Shown here piece by piece: positions 30,900-42,600 of a DNA stretch of 64,000 nt. Numbering within the stretch: the stretch's first letter is position 1; each line of letters starts with the position of its first letter. This stretch comes from Candidatus Altimarinota bacterium (GTDB taxonomy: Bacteria > Patescibacteriota > Gracilibacteria > 1-14-2-50-48-13): positions 256,001 to 320,000 of the forward strand of contig JBKBWQ010000001.1 in the NCBI GenBank assembly GCA_046314355.1, given 5' to 3'. A model generated the notes under the pieces. It searched no databases, was not told where the DNA came from, and was given only the letters and a program-made list of their open reading frames with translations. The translations under genes and the position numbers were made by a program.

Positions 30900-31461
30900 C
30901 CTCTACAACGTCAGCTTCTGACTGCGGGATAACTGCCTCAATGGCACCCCAGTCTGAATCATGGTTGATCGGCACGATAAGACTTACCTTATCACCAACT
31001 TCACCTTTGAAATAAGTCACGGATGCTAAAAGCACAGTGTAGAGTTTTCCTTCTGCTATAACCTTATATTTACCGTCATCATAGGTAAGGGTACCCATAA
31101 TATGCTTCTTTTCGATAGGTCCAATAATCTTATACATCAATCGTCCATCTTCCATGATAGTAAGCTTGAGTACATCACCCGCCACGAGTTTTGACTTACT
31201 TGCATAGTTTGCAGGTACCACATAGGTACGTTTATCTGCACCAATCATTTTCTCACCATCAAAGACACCTTCGATAATTTTTTCATTTCCAAGCTCCTGA
31301 GGTGAATTGAGATCCTCGAGTGCCTCTTCCATTTTTTTCTTTTTTGTAAGAGATGTATCTCCTACAGTCTCATGGAGAATCTGTTTTGCAGAACGAATAC
31401 TTGCTTCTGCACTTTCAATCATTTCAAGTGCGAGAGCAATTTTTGCGAGTTGTGAAGCCAC
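30889..31461 (-). CDS. Conserved hypothetical protein of a family I recall from CPR genomes
   Basis: GTG start; IIEGVFDG..MIG...YVVPANYASKSKLV.GD.LKLTI motif; overlaps the tsaE start. Confidence 0.8.
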   Translation of the reverse strand: MASQLAKIALALEMIESAEASIRSAKQILHETVGDTSLTKKKKMEEALEDLNSPQELGNEKIIEGVFDGEKMIGADKRTYVVPANYASKSKLVAGDVLKLTIMEDGRLMYKIIGPIEKKHIMGTLTYDDGKYKVIAEGKLYTVLLASVTYFKGEVGDKVSLIVPINHDSDWGAIEAVIPQSEADVVEDEA

Positions 31462-31703
31462 GGATTTTTTTATTTATAGAATAAATCGGTATGTGTTGAA
31501 TATGAAACTGAACTTTACCTATACAGTATATCAGACTACATCTTTTCTTGTCTTGAAAATATAGTTGCCCCAACATGGTTTAGTTATTTAGTAATAAACA
31601 AAAAAATGTGAATGCAAAAAGCTAAGGAAATATGTGAAGAATTTGACTTTTTAGCGTTTGAAAGATAGAATTTCCCCTGCTATTTCCTAGTCATTCTTGA
31701 TCG

Positions 31704-34082
31704 ATGAAATTTTCTGACCTCGTACAAAATCTTGGAGCGATAAACTCCAAGGAAATCCGCCAAATCATCATGAGACTGGGAATCCCGGTAAGTGAGACTG
31801 CGCGTACAATTCCGGATGAATATGTAAATGAAATCATCGCAGAATATAAGGAAGCACACGCACCTCTTCTTAGACGATCTGTAAGTAGTGATTCAAGTGT
31901 TGAGGAAGTACGACCGACAAAGGAAAACCTTTTTGCACTCTCTTCAACGACTATTACGAGTAGTAAAGAAGAAGAAGATGCAAAGAAAAAAGAAGAAGCG
32001 AAGAAAAAGAAGGAGGCGAAAAAGCAGGCAGAGCTGGAAGCAATAAAAAGCCTTGCTCAAAAGGATATTACAAAATCCCCAGAAATTCTAAATTTGGATT
32101 TCTCAGAGGATGAAGAACAAGAGGACGTAGAGGAGATCAATATTGAAGAGGGTGATTCAGTATTTTATGAGGAGGAGAGAATACAGAAGCAGCTTGAAAA
32201 GGAACTACGAAATAATGTAAAGAAGACCAAGCATGGTGAAGAAGAGGAAAAGAAATTTGTACATGAAGAGGAGCTTATTGAAGAAAAGGCAGCTCAATCA
32301 CATGTGCCAGTGCTCAAAGACCATGTAACACTTCCTCCGGTTATCTCAGTAAAAGAGTTTGCTGAGAAAGTTGGACTTAAGACCTCTGCAGTTATTGGAG
32401 AGTTACTGAAGAATGGAGTGATTGTAACTATCAATCATAAGATCGATTTTGATACTGCGATGATTGTGGCAGACAGCTTTGGAGTAAAGGTTGAAAAGGA
32501 AGACACTGAGTATTCCACAGCAGATCTTCTTCAGGGAAATCTTGCAAAGATGCTCGAGGGGGAAGATATCACTAAGCTTGAAAGCCGTCCTCCAATCGTA
32601 AGTATCATGGGACATGTAGACCACGGAAAAACCTCACTTCTAGACTATATACGACAGTCCAAAATAACTGAGAGTGAAGCTGGAGGAATTACACAGCAGA
32701 TTGGAGCATATCAGGTAGAGATCAATGAGAAAAAGATCACATTCCTTGATACACCAGGACATGAGGCATTTACTGCCATGCGTGCTCGAGGTGCAAAGGC
32801 AACAGATATTGCGATACTAGTAGTAGCAGCAGATGAAGGAGTAAAACCTCAAACGGAGGAAGCTATTAATCATGCACGGGAAGCGCAGATCCCTATCATC
32901 GTTGCACTGAATAAAATGGATAAGGAAGGTGCAAATATAGAAAGAGTGAAGGCAGCACTTGCTGAACATAACCTTGTACCTGAAGACTGGGGAGGAGATA
33001 CAATTATGGTGCCAATCTCCGCAAAGACAGGAGACGGTATTGATACTCTTCTTGAAATGATATTACTTGTATCAGAGATTAACCCGCTCAAGGCTAATCC
33101 AGCAAGAAATGCTATTGGTACAATCATTGAGACACATCTTGATACAAGTCTCGGTCCTATTGCAACTGTGCTTGTAAATACAGGTACTCTCCAGTTCATG
33201 GATAACTTTGTAGTTGGAGAAGCATACGGAAGAGTAAAAGTAATGAAAAATCCTTTAGGAAAACGCATAAAAGAAGCACTTCCTTCTGCTCCAGTGCAGA
33301 TTGTTGGATTTTCAGAATCTCCTCAAGTAGGTGACATCCTACAAGTAGAAAAATCAGAGAAACTTGCACGTGAAAAGGCTACTGAGATCAAAAATCTCCG
33401 TATGAACTCTCCGCTTCGTGGAGGAATTACTTTTAGTGATATCATTGCCAAGATCAATCATGGAGATATGAAGCAGCTCAAAGTTGTATTGAAGGCTGAT
33501 ACAAAAGGATCTCTTGAGGCTGTACGAAATTCACTATTGAATCTTAATACTGATGAGGTACAGGTACAGATCATCCACTCAGGTATTGGTAATATCACTG
33601 ATACGGATATCTTGATGGCATCTGCATCTATGGCTCTTATCCTTGGATTTAATGTACAGGTACCAGCACAGGTTGAGCGTACAGCGGAGAAAATGAATAT
33701 TACGATTAAGAGTTACCGAGTTATTTACCATTTGACTGATGAAATCAAGAAATTGCTCAGTGGTATGCTTGATCCTCAGATGAAGGAGATCTCTCTTGGA
33801 GACTTCCAAGTAATGCAGATATTCTTCGCAAATAAGAAGTTTATGATTATTGGAGGAAAGGTACAGCGAGGAAAATTGGAAAAGAAAGCCCAGATTCGTG
33901 TTGTACGTGGAGATAAACTTATTGGTGAAGGTTTCATTGAATCATTACAGAAGGGATTAGAAACTGTAAGCGAGATAGGAGAAGGATTCGAGTGCGGAAT
34001 TAAATTTGTTGGAAATTGTATTCCAGAGCCAAAGGATATCTTTGAAGTATATAAAATTGAAAGAATCGAGCGAAGTCTGTAA
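31704..34082 (+). CDS. infB: Translation initiation factor IF-2
   Basis: [43 protein letters not shown]. Confidence 0.98.
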   Translation: MKFSDLVQNLGAINSKEIRQIIMRLGIPVSETARTIPDEYVNEIIAEYKEAHAPLLRRSVSSDSSVEEVRPTKENLFALSSTTITSSKEEEDAKKKEEAKKKKEAKKQAELEAIKSLAQKDITKSPEILNLDFSEDEEQEDVEEINIEEGDSVFYEEERIQKQLEKELRNNVKKTKHGEEEEKKFVHEEELIEEKAAQSHVPVLKDHVTLPPVISVKEFAEKVGLKTSAVIGELLKNGVIVTINHKIDFDTAMIVADSFGVKVEKEDTEYSTADLLQGNLAKMLEGEDITKLESRPPIVSIMGHVDHGKTSLLDYIRQSKITESEAGGITQQIGAYQVEINEKKITFLDTPGHEAFTAMRARGAKATDIAILVVAADEGVKPQTEEAINHAREAQIPIIVALNKMDKEGANIERVKAALAEHNLVPEDWGGDTIMVPISAKTGDGIDTLLEMILLVSEINPLKANPARNAIGTIIETHLDTSLGPIATVLVNTGTLQFMDNFVVGEAYGRVKVMKNPLGKRIKEALPSAPVQIVGFSESPQVGDILQVEKSEKLAREKATEIKNLRMNSPLRGGITFSDIIAKINHGDMKQLKVVLKADTKGSLEAVRNSLLNLNTDEVQVQIIHSGIGNITDTDILMASASMALILGFNVQVPAQVERTAEKMNITIKSYRVIYHLTDEIKKLLSGMLDPQMKEISLGDFQVMQIFFANKKFMIIGGKVQRGKLEKKAQIRVVRGDKLIGEGFIESLQKGLETVSEIGEGFECGIKFVGNCIPEPKDIFEVYKIERIERSL

Positions 34083-34120
34083 GATACATTTTTCATACTT
34101 TCCCCATTTCATACTAGCTT

Positions 34121-35266
34121 ATGACTGCATTTGAAAATAAATCTCCAAAAGTAGCAATCGTCACTGACTGGATGACCAGTCACGGCGGTGAGACACGTGT
34201 ACTTTTTGCACTCCATGAACTGTTTCCGGAAGCTCCAATTTATACGACTGTCTACAATCCTGAAAATGTACCGCAGTTTAAGAATGCAAAGGTCATTACA
34301 TCATTTATTCATGATTTGCCTTTCGCGAAAAAAAAGCATCAATGGTTTCTTGGTCTTATGCCTCTCGCATTTGAATCCTTTGATCTCTCTGAGTACGATA
34401 TCGTTATCTCAAGCAGTCATGCCTGCAGCAAAGGTATCATTACGAAAGTGGATACTCTGCACATATGCTACTGTCATACTCCAATGAGATATGCATGGGA
34501 TGATTGTCATAGATACATCAACGAAAACGCTCCGTTTAAAAACCTTGGCGGAAAGTGGTTTGCCAGCAGACTTATGCATAAGATACGAATGTGGGACCGT
34601 CTTGCAGCTGACCGCGTGGATAGCTTCATCGCAAACTCGAAATACATTAGAAAAAGAATCCAGAAATATTATCAAAGAGATTCGAAGGTTATCTATCCTC
34701 CGATACAGACAAGTAATTTCCAGATAGCTGAGAAAAAAGAAGATTTTTATCTAGCCGGCGGAAGAATAGTCGAAAATAAACGCTATGATCTCATCGTAGA
34801 AGCATTCAATGATCTTGGATATCCTTTAAAGATATTTGGAAAAGGTCCTTATTTGGACACTTTAAAAGCTATGGCAAAGCCGAATATTGAGTTTCTTGGA
34901 TTTACTTCTGATGAAGAAAACGCACTCTTATATGCACAGGCAAAAGCATATATTGTTCCTCAGCTCGAAGACTTTGGCATAACAACTGTAGAAGCCATGA
35001 GTGCCGGTACACCAGTGATTGGTCTAAGAGATGGAGGAACTGAGGAGATCGTCATAGATGGTATCACAGGTGTACTCATGGATGAACAGTCTTCACTTTG
35101 TCTTATCCAGATGGTCAAAAAGATTGAAAGTATGAAATTTGATCCAAATGTTATTAGACAAAATGCACTTAAATTTGATGTAGCTCGTTTTAAAAGAGAA
35201 ATCAAAAACTTTGTTATGTCAGAGTTTGAAGATTGGAAAGGACGTATGAATGTTTCAAATACTTAA
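34121..35266 (+). CDS. Glycosyltransferase family 4
   Basis: DWMTSHGGE, YCHTPMRYAW, EDFGITTVEAMSAGTPVI. Confidence 0.93.
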   Translation: MTAFENKSPKVAIVTDWMTSHGGETRVLFALHELFPEAPIYTTVYNPENVPQFKNAKVITSFIHDLPFAKKKHQWFLGLMPLAFESFDLSEYDIVISSSHACSKGIITKVDTLHICYCHTPMRYAWDDCHRYINENAPFKNLGGKWFASRLMHKIRMWDRLAADRVDSFIANSKYIRKRIQKYYQRDSKVIYPPIQTSNFQIAEKKEDFYLAGGRIVENKRYDLIVEAFNDLGYPLKIFGKGPYLDTLKAMAKPNIEFLGFTSDEENALLYAQAKAYIVPQLEDFGITTVEAMSAGTPVIGLRDGGTEEIVIDGITGVLMDEQSSLCLIQMVKKIESMKFDPNVIRQNALKFDVARFKREIKNFVMSEFEDWKGRMNVSNT

Positions 35267-35278
35267 ATATTATTATCA

Positions 35279-36469
35279 ATGGAAATACTCTATTTTTTTC
35301 AGGCATGTAAAAGACATCTTAAAGTCATCTTACTTATAAGTCTCCTTGCTGCAGCAATTACAGGTATCTACTGGAGTAAGTTTGTAGCACCTGATTTCAA
35401 ATCAACAATCTTTTTCTCCACTGTTACAAAGGTAGATAATGCCCGAACAACAGAGAGATATGATCCATTTTCATACGCTCAGTCTGCTGATAGCTTTGCA
35501 GAAGGTATGCTTGGATGGTTTAGAAATCCGAACTTCTTTGTATATATGAAGGAACATGTACCTGCAGCAGCGAATCTGCGGCTTGATAGAATGTACCAGA
35601 TCCGAAAACAGGAAAAACAGAATCTGAATATTACTTTTCAGGTAGAAACAAGAGCGCTTGCGGAAGATCTCCAGGAAGCAACTATGAAGTATCTTCGTGA
35701 GCAAATTGCTAATATCAATACACAGTCAAACACTACTTACGATATTATTAATGAGACTTTTAATATCACCGAAGTAAAATACAATACTCTCCTTGTTACA
35801 AGCGTAGTCTTTTTCTCACTCTTTCTACTTCTCACTCTCTTCTTCCTTCTTTGGGAAATCTTTAGAGGTATAGCAAGCGTCAGAGAGCAGGTGGAGGAAA
35901 TTTTGGGCACTACAGCGCTTGATACGGTACACGGCACTAAAGCTGACCTGGGATTCATAGCAAACTATGTAGCAAAGCAGGGAAGTCATGTGGCAATAGG
36001 CGGCGTCGGAAAATCCTATCCGGTATATTTCAAAAAAATATCTGAATATATTGCAAACACTTTAGGTAAAGAAACTATCGTAGTAGATGTAGATCTCAAG
36101 AATAGAACACTTGCAAAATCTTTTGGTCTCTCAGAGCATATGAAAAAGATGAAAGGTATTACGGATTTTGATGAGAAAACTGCTGATATCAGCAAGGTAA
36201 GTCTACCGATAAAGAAAGAGAGTTCATTATTAAAATTTATTGGTGCTGGAACAGGGAATATACCTCACTATGCTTTTCTTGAAAAAAATCTTCCTGAGAA
36301 TGCAAAAATATTACTTCATATGGAACTGCCTAAGGATACTCACATCTTCCAGATGAAGGATCTCTCCCTTGTACTCTTTGTACAGCTCGGTGTGACAAAA
36401 CTTCTTGATCTGAAGAGAATTAAGAAACTGATAGGTGACACACCAGTAGGAGTAGTGATTGTTGAGTAA
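35279..36469 (+). CDS. Wzz/Wzc-like polysaccharide co-polymerase with degenerate BY-kinase-like C-terminal domain
   Basis: Two TM helices around an extracellular loop, EQVEEILG linker, VDVDLKN (Walker A'), terminal VGVVI; no Tyr cluster. Confidence 0.7.
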   Translation: MEILYFFQACKRHLKVILLISLLAAAITGIYWSKFVAPDFKSTIFFSTVTKVDNARTTERYDPFSYAQSADSFAEGMLGWFRNPNFFVYMKEHVPAAANLRLDRMYQIRKQEKQNLNITFQVETRALAEDLQEATMKYLREQIANINTQSNTTYDIINETFNITEVKYNTLLVTSVVFFSLFLLLTLFFLLWEIFRGIASVREQVEEILGTTALDTVHGTKADLGFIANYVAKQGSHVAIGGVGKSYPVYFKKISEYIANTLGKETIVVDVDLKNRTLAKSFGLSEHMKKMKGITDFDEKTADISKVSLPIKKESSLLKFIGAGTGNIPHYAFLEKNLPENAKILLHMELPKDTHIFQMKDLSLVLFVQLGVTKLLDLKRIKKLIGDTPVGVVIVE

Positions 36470-36525
36470 GAAGAAAATAAAGTTTAATTAGCTAGAGTTC
36501 TGAATATAACATTCAGCGAATACAG

Positions 36526-36559
36526 AGAATACAGTAACAATATCCAGTTACTGTATTCT
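36526..36559 (+). terminator. 13-bp inverted repeat closing the infB-GT4-Wzz unit
   Basis: agaatacagtaac-N8-gttactgtattct then tt. Confidence 0.6.
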
Positions 36560-36570
36560 TTATAAAGAAT

Positions 36571-36598
36571 TTGACAAAAATATAAAAAGACGTAAAAT
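36571..36598 (+). promoter_or_regulatory. Sigma70-type promoter
   Basis: TTGACA-N16-TAAAAT. Confidence 0.65.
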
Positions 36599-36608
36599 AC
36601 CCACAAGC

Positions 36609-36670
36609 TTAATCACAAAAAAGGGGTACGTGGATTCACGTATTCCAGATCCGTAGGGTCTAGTGATTGA
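36609..36670 (+). ncRNA. Candidate three-way-junction cis-regulatory RNA in a 5' UTR
   Basis: P1 ttaatcac/gtgattga; P2 ggggtacgtg-gatt-cacgtattcc; P3 agatcc-gta-gggtct; all non-Watson-Crick pairs are G-U on the + strand. Confidence 0.55.
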
Positions 36671-36708
36671 AGTGAATATGTTATTTGAAAATTTGGAGGA
36701 TTAGGAAA

Positions 36709-38184
36709 ATGAAGAAAGAAATAATTTTGAGAAATCTCAAAAGAATTGTTCAGGTAAAAAATGAAATATTTTTTACACAAGATCTAAAAAAACTATCTGT
36801 AAAATTGGATGAAAAAGAGCTTAATGAAGCTCTTATCTCTGACCTAGACGTGACAGTCGAACTGTTTGATAGAATCGGTACACCAGAAATGAGAAGTAAA
36901 CTACTGTCTCATTTTATGTTACATGCACCTTCAGAGAAACTTTTTGATCTCATACTTTCACATCATGGCTTTGATTTGACTGAAAGAGTTTCAAACAATA
37001 TTTTTGATAAAAATGTTCCTTGGAATGATTTTTTCAATTATATTGCTGGAAATGTATCTATGTTGGAAAAAGTCTTTAAATTGATGATGGATAATTCCTG
37101 GCAAAGTACACTTCCATTCATCACTAAAAACTCTAATCTCTATGGAGCATTTGAGATATGTGATGACTGTATGATAGCTTTTTACTTTGATGTAAAAGAT
37201 GAGGCAGAGATTGATAATTATAATATTGAGCTGATCTCGTTGGTAAATTTAGTCAACATGCAACTAACTGGGAAGGAAGAATATCAAGCTTTTGTAAATA
37301 AATTATATGATAACTTGTATACTCTTATTAGACAAATTAGTCCTGAAGGAGACCGTAGCGATGACTTATTTACATATCATTTAAAAGACTACTTAAGACT
37401 TGTACCATTTGATAAACAAAGAGGAGATGCGTATCCAGTCGTCTGGTGTTCCGATTATCTTACTCTCATTTATCAGCTTTACAGTTTAGTGGTTTCCTTA
37501 GAAAGAGAAAATAAGAATGAACTCGCAACTCTTTTAGAAGGATCCTTACAAGGCTTTAATAGCATGAGCATTAAAGATTTCCCTTTATACGACTTTTGTC
37601 ATGTTCTACGCTACTGTGAAGAACATGACAAAGATACAGGAAAGAAAGTGATGTCTATAATCAAGCATATAACACTTCAGTGCATTCTGGCAGATATGTT
37701 GATACCGAGAAATAAAATTTTTTCTCAGTATCAATCTTATATAGGTTCCTATGATGAGAAAAAATTATACTTAGAGTCTCTTCTAAATGAATTTAGTTCA
37801 AAAATTCATTATTTTGACTCTAAAAGTGAGGAGTACATCCCATTTGTGGAGCAAGTGATTCTTGCTGCATATGATGATGCCAGGGTGGTACCTTATCTTT
37901 CAGGATGTGAGGATGAGTATGCGATCTTTTTAGCTTGTGTGCCTGAAACATTTTATTCTGAGGAAGATGAAACTGAGTATGAAGATGTAAAGCTCAATAA
38001 TTTCGGAGATAACCCTGTAGTAGAATGGACAGGTAGAATGAATACAAGCAAAATATCACTTTACTTTCTGGATAAAGTTTTTAAGGTTGAAGAACCGAGA
38101 ACCTTAACTAATACTACAGTAGATATTTTCATGCTACTAACTAGACGTGCTATAAAAAGACAAAAAGAAAAAGCCCCTTTCTAA
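36709..38184 (+). CDS. Orphan acidic helical protein (491 aa)
   Basis: ATG 36709 preceded by GGAGG; own promoter and terminator; no recognisable motif. Confidence 0.85.
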   Translation: MKKEIILRNLKRIVQVKNEIFFTQDLKKLSVKLDEKELNEALISDLDVTVELFDRIGTPEMRSKLLSHFMLHAPSEKLFDLILSHHGFDLTERVSNNIFDKNVPWNDFFNYIAGNVSMLEKVFKLMMDNSWQSTLPFITKNSNLYGAFEICDDCMIAFYFDVKDEAEIDNYNIELISLVNLVNMQLTGKEEYQAFVNKLYDNLYTLIRQISPEGDRSDDLFTYHLKDYLRLVPFDKQRGDAYPVVWCSDYLTLIYQLYSLVVSLERENKNELATLLEGSLQGFNSMSIKDFPLYDFCHVLRYCEEHDKDTGKKVMSIIKHITLQCILADMLIPRNKIFSQYQSYIGSYDEKKLYLESLLNEFSSKIHYFDSKSEEYIPFVEQVILAAYDDARVVPYLSGCEDEYAIFLACVPETFYSEEDETEYEDVKLNNFGDNPVVEWTGRMNTSKISLYFLDKVFKVEEPRTLTNTTVDIFMLLTRRAIKRQKEKAPF

Positions 38185-38201
38185 ATCCTCCAAGTTTACA
38201 C

Positions 38202-38232
38202 AAAGAGCCTAATAAAATAGGCTCTTTTTTTT
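38202..38232. terminator. Intrinsic terminator between the orphan gene and tyrS
   Basis: aaagagccta-ataaaa-taggctctttttttt. Confidence 0.85.
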
Positions 38233-38263
38233 TCGTCAGAAATCAACTGAGATCAATTAAGGT

Positions 38264-39445
38264 TTATTTCACCAAATACAAATACTTCCTCTTTCCTACC
38301 TTCAGCAATTGCTTAGTATCTGAAAGCACAATCAAATGATCATATGCAGTGATTTTTTCTCCATCAAGGGTGATACCTCCCTGATCTATAAGTCTCTTTG
38401 CCTCTCCCTTCGAAGATAGAAGCTGATACTGCATAATAACATCCAGAAGAGCAATACTATCTTGTGCTACGTGTGCTTCTTCTACGTCTGTCGGGATCTC
38501 ACCCTTTGAGAATACATTCATAAACTCACCAGCCTCTCTCTCTCCATCCTCTGCAGAATGGTACATCGTGACGAGCTCCTTAGCGAGCATGATCTTTGCA
38601 TCTCTCGGGTTTAATCCTGCAAGTAGATCTGCCTCAATCTTTTTGATATCTTCCATACTTTTATCCGTACAAAGGATGAAGTAGCGGATAATAAGTTCAT
38701 CCTTCATACTCATTGTCTTACCGAACATGTCCTTTGGAGTATCAAGAAGGTTAATACCATTACCATATGATTTACTCATTTTTCTTCCGTCTGTACCTTC
38801 AAGTAATTCAAAGGTAAGTACATTTTGCGGTACCTGTTCAAAGGCTTCCTGAAGCACTCGACCTGCCAGTATATTAAATAGCTGATCATCTCCTCCAAGT
38901 TCTACGTCTGCTTTTATCGCAACAGAATCATACCCCTGCATGAGAGGATACATAAATTCATGTAAGCCAATAGGCTTGCTCGCTTCAAACCTTTTCCAGT
39001 AATTATCCCGTTCAAGCATCTGGGCAACGGTAAAATGCTTTGCAAGATTTGCTACATCCATAAAATTAAGTTTTCCAAGCCATTCACTATTATATCTGAT
39101 TGCAATCTTTGAGAGATCCAAAATCTTTCCAACCTGTTCTTTCCATGATCTCATATTTTCCTCAACTTGTTTCTGCTCTAACTGTACTCGCATAGAGTCT
39201 TTGTCAGAAGTATCTCCAATCATTCCTGTAGCATCACCGACAATAAAAATAATATCATGACCAAGATCCTGAAATCTTTTTAGTGCACGGATTGCAATTG
39301 CATGTCCAATGTGAAGATTTGCACCTGTTGGATCACATCCAAGCTTGATAGTTAATTTTTTACCTGAACGAAGCTTTTTCTCGAGATCTTCTTTTACAAT
39401 ACAATGTGCAACACCTCTCGTAAGTAGTTCTGATATGGGATCCAT
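38264..39445 (-). CDS. tyrS: Tyrosine--tRNA ligase
   Basis: LGCDPTGANLHIGH, YPLMQGYD, KMSKS, C-terminal S4 domain VGKRK. Confidence 0.98.
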   Translation of the reverse strand: MDPISELLTRGVAHCIVKEDLEKKLRSGKKLTIKLGCDPTGANLHIGHAIAIRALKRFQDLGHDIIFIVGDATGMIGDTSDKDSMRVQLEQKQVEENMRSWKEQVGKILDLSKIAIRYNSEWLGKLNFMDVANLAKHFTVAQMLERDNYWKRFEASKPIGLHEFMYPLMQGYDSVAIKADVELGGDDQLFNILAGRVLQEAFEQVPQNVLTFELLEGTDGRKMSKSYGNGINLLDTPKDMFGKTMSMKDELIIRYFILCTDKSMEDIKKIEADLLAGLNPRDAKIMLAKELVTMYHSAEDGEREAGEFMNVFSKGEIPTDVEEAHVAQDSIALLDVIMQYQLLSSKGEAKRLIDQGGITLDGEKITAYDHLIVLSDTKQLLKVGKRKYLYLVK

Positions 39446-39623
39446 GAAAGTTTAAGAATACTGAATATATACAAATATAAGTATATAGAAATATTACCTA
39501 TAAGAAAATAAAAAAATCCAATTGAGAGCATCATATAATAATGCGTGCAAGTCAATTTTGTAGTAAAACAGAAATTCTATGATAGTGTGTATCTGTTTTT
39601 TTACGATAAAATATCTTTTGAAT

Positions 39624-42600
39624 ATGAAACATTTCTTTAGAAATATATGCGCAGTAACACTTCTACTAAGCATATTCTCCCAATACCAAGTTCCCTTCGT
39701 TACTTTTGTCCCAAAGGTGGAAGCTGAGTTTATTTCACCATCTGCAAAGAGTTTTACACTGCCATACGTCTCTGAAGTTACAAAGACTGAGAATGAGTTT
39801 AATGCTATTGTCGCAGCTTGGGAGAATCCAAGTACAAATTTTGTAATGGAAATACGTACGCAGCAAAACAACCAATGGGGAGAGTGGAAGGAAGTCCTTT
39901 TAAATCATGATGGTGAGGATGAAGATATAGATACAAAGAGATTTTCAGAGATGCAGTCTGTATCTCCGACTAATACATTTCAGTATAAGATCACAGGTCT
40001 TGATGATGCGAAAAATATAGAGTTTGATAATTTTGACTTTCTCTCTTTTCATGAAAAGAGTCATGTTACTTTTACCTCCAATATACCTTCAGCTAGCGCA
40101 AAAATTGATGGTATCATCGTCACCCGCGAGGAATGGGGAGCTGATCCTGCTTGGATAGAAAAAGAAAGCTGGGATAAGGAAAGAGCAGCAGTTTGTAAAG
40201 CAAAACCTTGGTATTGCGGAAGCTCTGCAGCATCAGAGAAAGCTATTGAAGAAAAAGCAAAACAACTTGCCGCTGATTTTCCTGACGATGTAAAAACTGA
40301 TAGCCGTTCTACGACACTCAACGGTAAGGAGGTTATGTGGGCAATAAGCAAATCCGCAAAAATTAAGAAGATATTTGTACATCACACTGCAGAACTAAAT
40401 AAAGACCTCAATAAGGATGGGGTTATTGACACGCAGGATGAGAAAATGGTCATGAGAAATAATTATTACTTTCATTCACTTGTAAGAGGGTGGGGGGATA
40501 TCGGATATAACTATGTAGTTGGATCCACAGGTACCATCTATGAAGGTAGGGCAGGTGGTGATAAAGTTGTAGCAGCCCACGCAGTATGGAGAAACATCTC
40601 CTCCACTGGTATTTCTACCATGGGTAATTTTGAAGAGGAAAATATCCTTACTCCTCAATATACAGGACTTGCAAATGCCATCGGATATGTAGCAAAAAAA
40701 TATGATCTTGACCCACTTGGGCAATCACTCTTTTATGGACAAACAGCTTCTACAGTTCAGGGACACCGTGATTCTGAGGAAGCAGCAACAGCATGTCCGG
40801 GGAGAAATCTGTATGCAAAACTTCCGGAATTAAGAAAACTTGCAGCCTTAGCAAAAGATCAATTTTTAACAGTCCAATCAGTAGAAGCAGGAGGCTTTAT
40901 GCAGGCAGATGTGGCAAAGAATGGTGTCGGCGGAAGCTTTATACCTCAAGCTTCAATGACTAGCTTTGGACCGCAGGAGACTAAATCAATAGCTATACAA
41001 GTAAAAAATACTGGAACAGTTACATGGAATAAAGGTTCGTATCTAAGAATCACCTCACAATTAGATGGAGTATTTATAGTGCAAAGTGGAGAGAAGATCC
41101 CAGCAAAAGCTGCTTATCTTACTGAGACAAGTGTTGCACCTGGAGGCACTGGTACGTTTCTTTTGACGCTGACTTCACAGTATAAAAAATACACTGACGC
41201 CATCAGTTTTGATGCGGTTATCAACGGAAGCTATCTTCTTAAACCTTCATTTATCCAGGTATCTGCTCCAGATGCAATACTCGCTTATGAAGTGCAGAAT
41301 ATTGTTCAGCCTAAAAAAGAGCTTATCTATGGAGAAGAAACAAAGATTTTATTAATGCTTAAGAATACAAGCAATGTTGCTTGGAATAACTCTACAATTA
41401 AATTGCGAAACCAAAATAATGCAGCTCAAGAGTTTCTCCCAAATGGAGATGGGCTCATGCGTGAGGCTATTGTGAAGCCTGGTGAGACTGCTACCTTTGA
41501 AGTCTCACTAAGAGCGCCAATCAAGACTGTAAATTTTGATCTTAACTTCCTTCCCGTTATACAGAATGCACCTTCATTTACAGGTCCCCAGATACGAGTG
41601 ATCGGTGCAGTGGTTCATCCAGCCTTAGCCAAGAATTTTCTGTTAGAACAGGTAAGTACCACTGCCACTACTATCAGAATGGGTAACACAGGCATGGTGA
41701 CCATAACCTTAAAAAATAATTCTTCTGAGCCTTGGACTGGACTTAGTAAATATGATATTAAACCCATTTTTGTATCCGCTTCTCCATTTATTATCCCGGT
41801 AAGTACTGTCCGGTTTGATAGGGATTATATGAATCCAGGGGATACTATAAATGTACAGATCCCTGTACAGGCATCATATACTGCGTTATCTGTCCCTCCA
41901 CTACTACAGCTTAAATACCTGGATTTACCTCTTACAAAAAATCCTCTAAACTTTCCACTACTGATCCCTGAGGAGACTCTCAAAGCAAGCTATGCAGCTT
42001 CTGGAAACTCAATGTCTATGGAACTAAACAAACAGTCCACAGTACAGGTGCTTATACAAAATACAGGAACTCTTCCATGGAAAAAAGATCAAGTACAGTT
42101 AACTCTCTTTGGTGATTCAAGTAATATTAGAGATGCCTCATGGATTGGTTCAAATGTGATCGGAACATTTGATGGGACAAAAGATATTGAACCTCAGCAG
42201 TTTGCTCTGTTTAAATTCTCTGTTTATCCGAAACAGTTAAATGTATCTCCTGTATTCAAACTTCAGTTTACAAATGGTCCGATAGTCTCTATCGATGGCA
42301 CACTTACAATACCTCCAGTAAAGAATAGCAGTACACAAAGTATCAATGGCGGTGCTGTGGAATTCGGACGAAGTATCAACAGATTAGTCCCTACAGTGAA
42401 ACTCTTTGAATCTGGAAAACTTGCATCTGCATCATCTACAGTACAAGATACTACATTTCTCAAGCCAATACGTATAAAGCTCAGCTATGCAGAAACTGCT
42501 ACTACTATACAACTTAAGGATTCTGCTTACAGACTTCTAATGGAAGGAAATACTCAGAGCATAATTATTCCTGCAAACTCAGATGTTACTTTAAATGCGG

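Noticed and set aside
36689-38197. Flanking inverted repeats as IS ends
   Set aside because: The ORF has no recognisable transposase motif, no target duplication is evident, and promoter and terminator lie outside the repeats; kept instead as an RNA-pairing hypothesis
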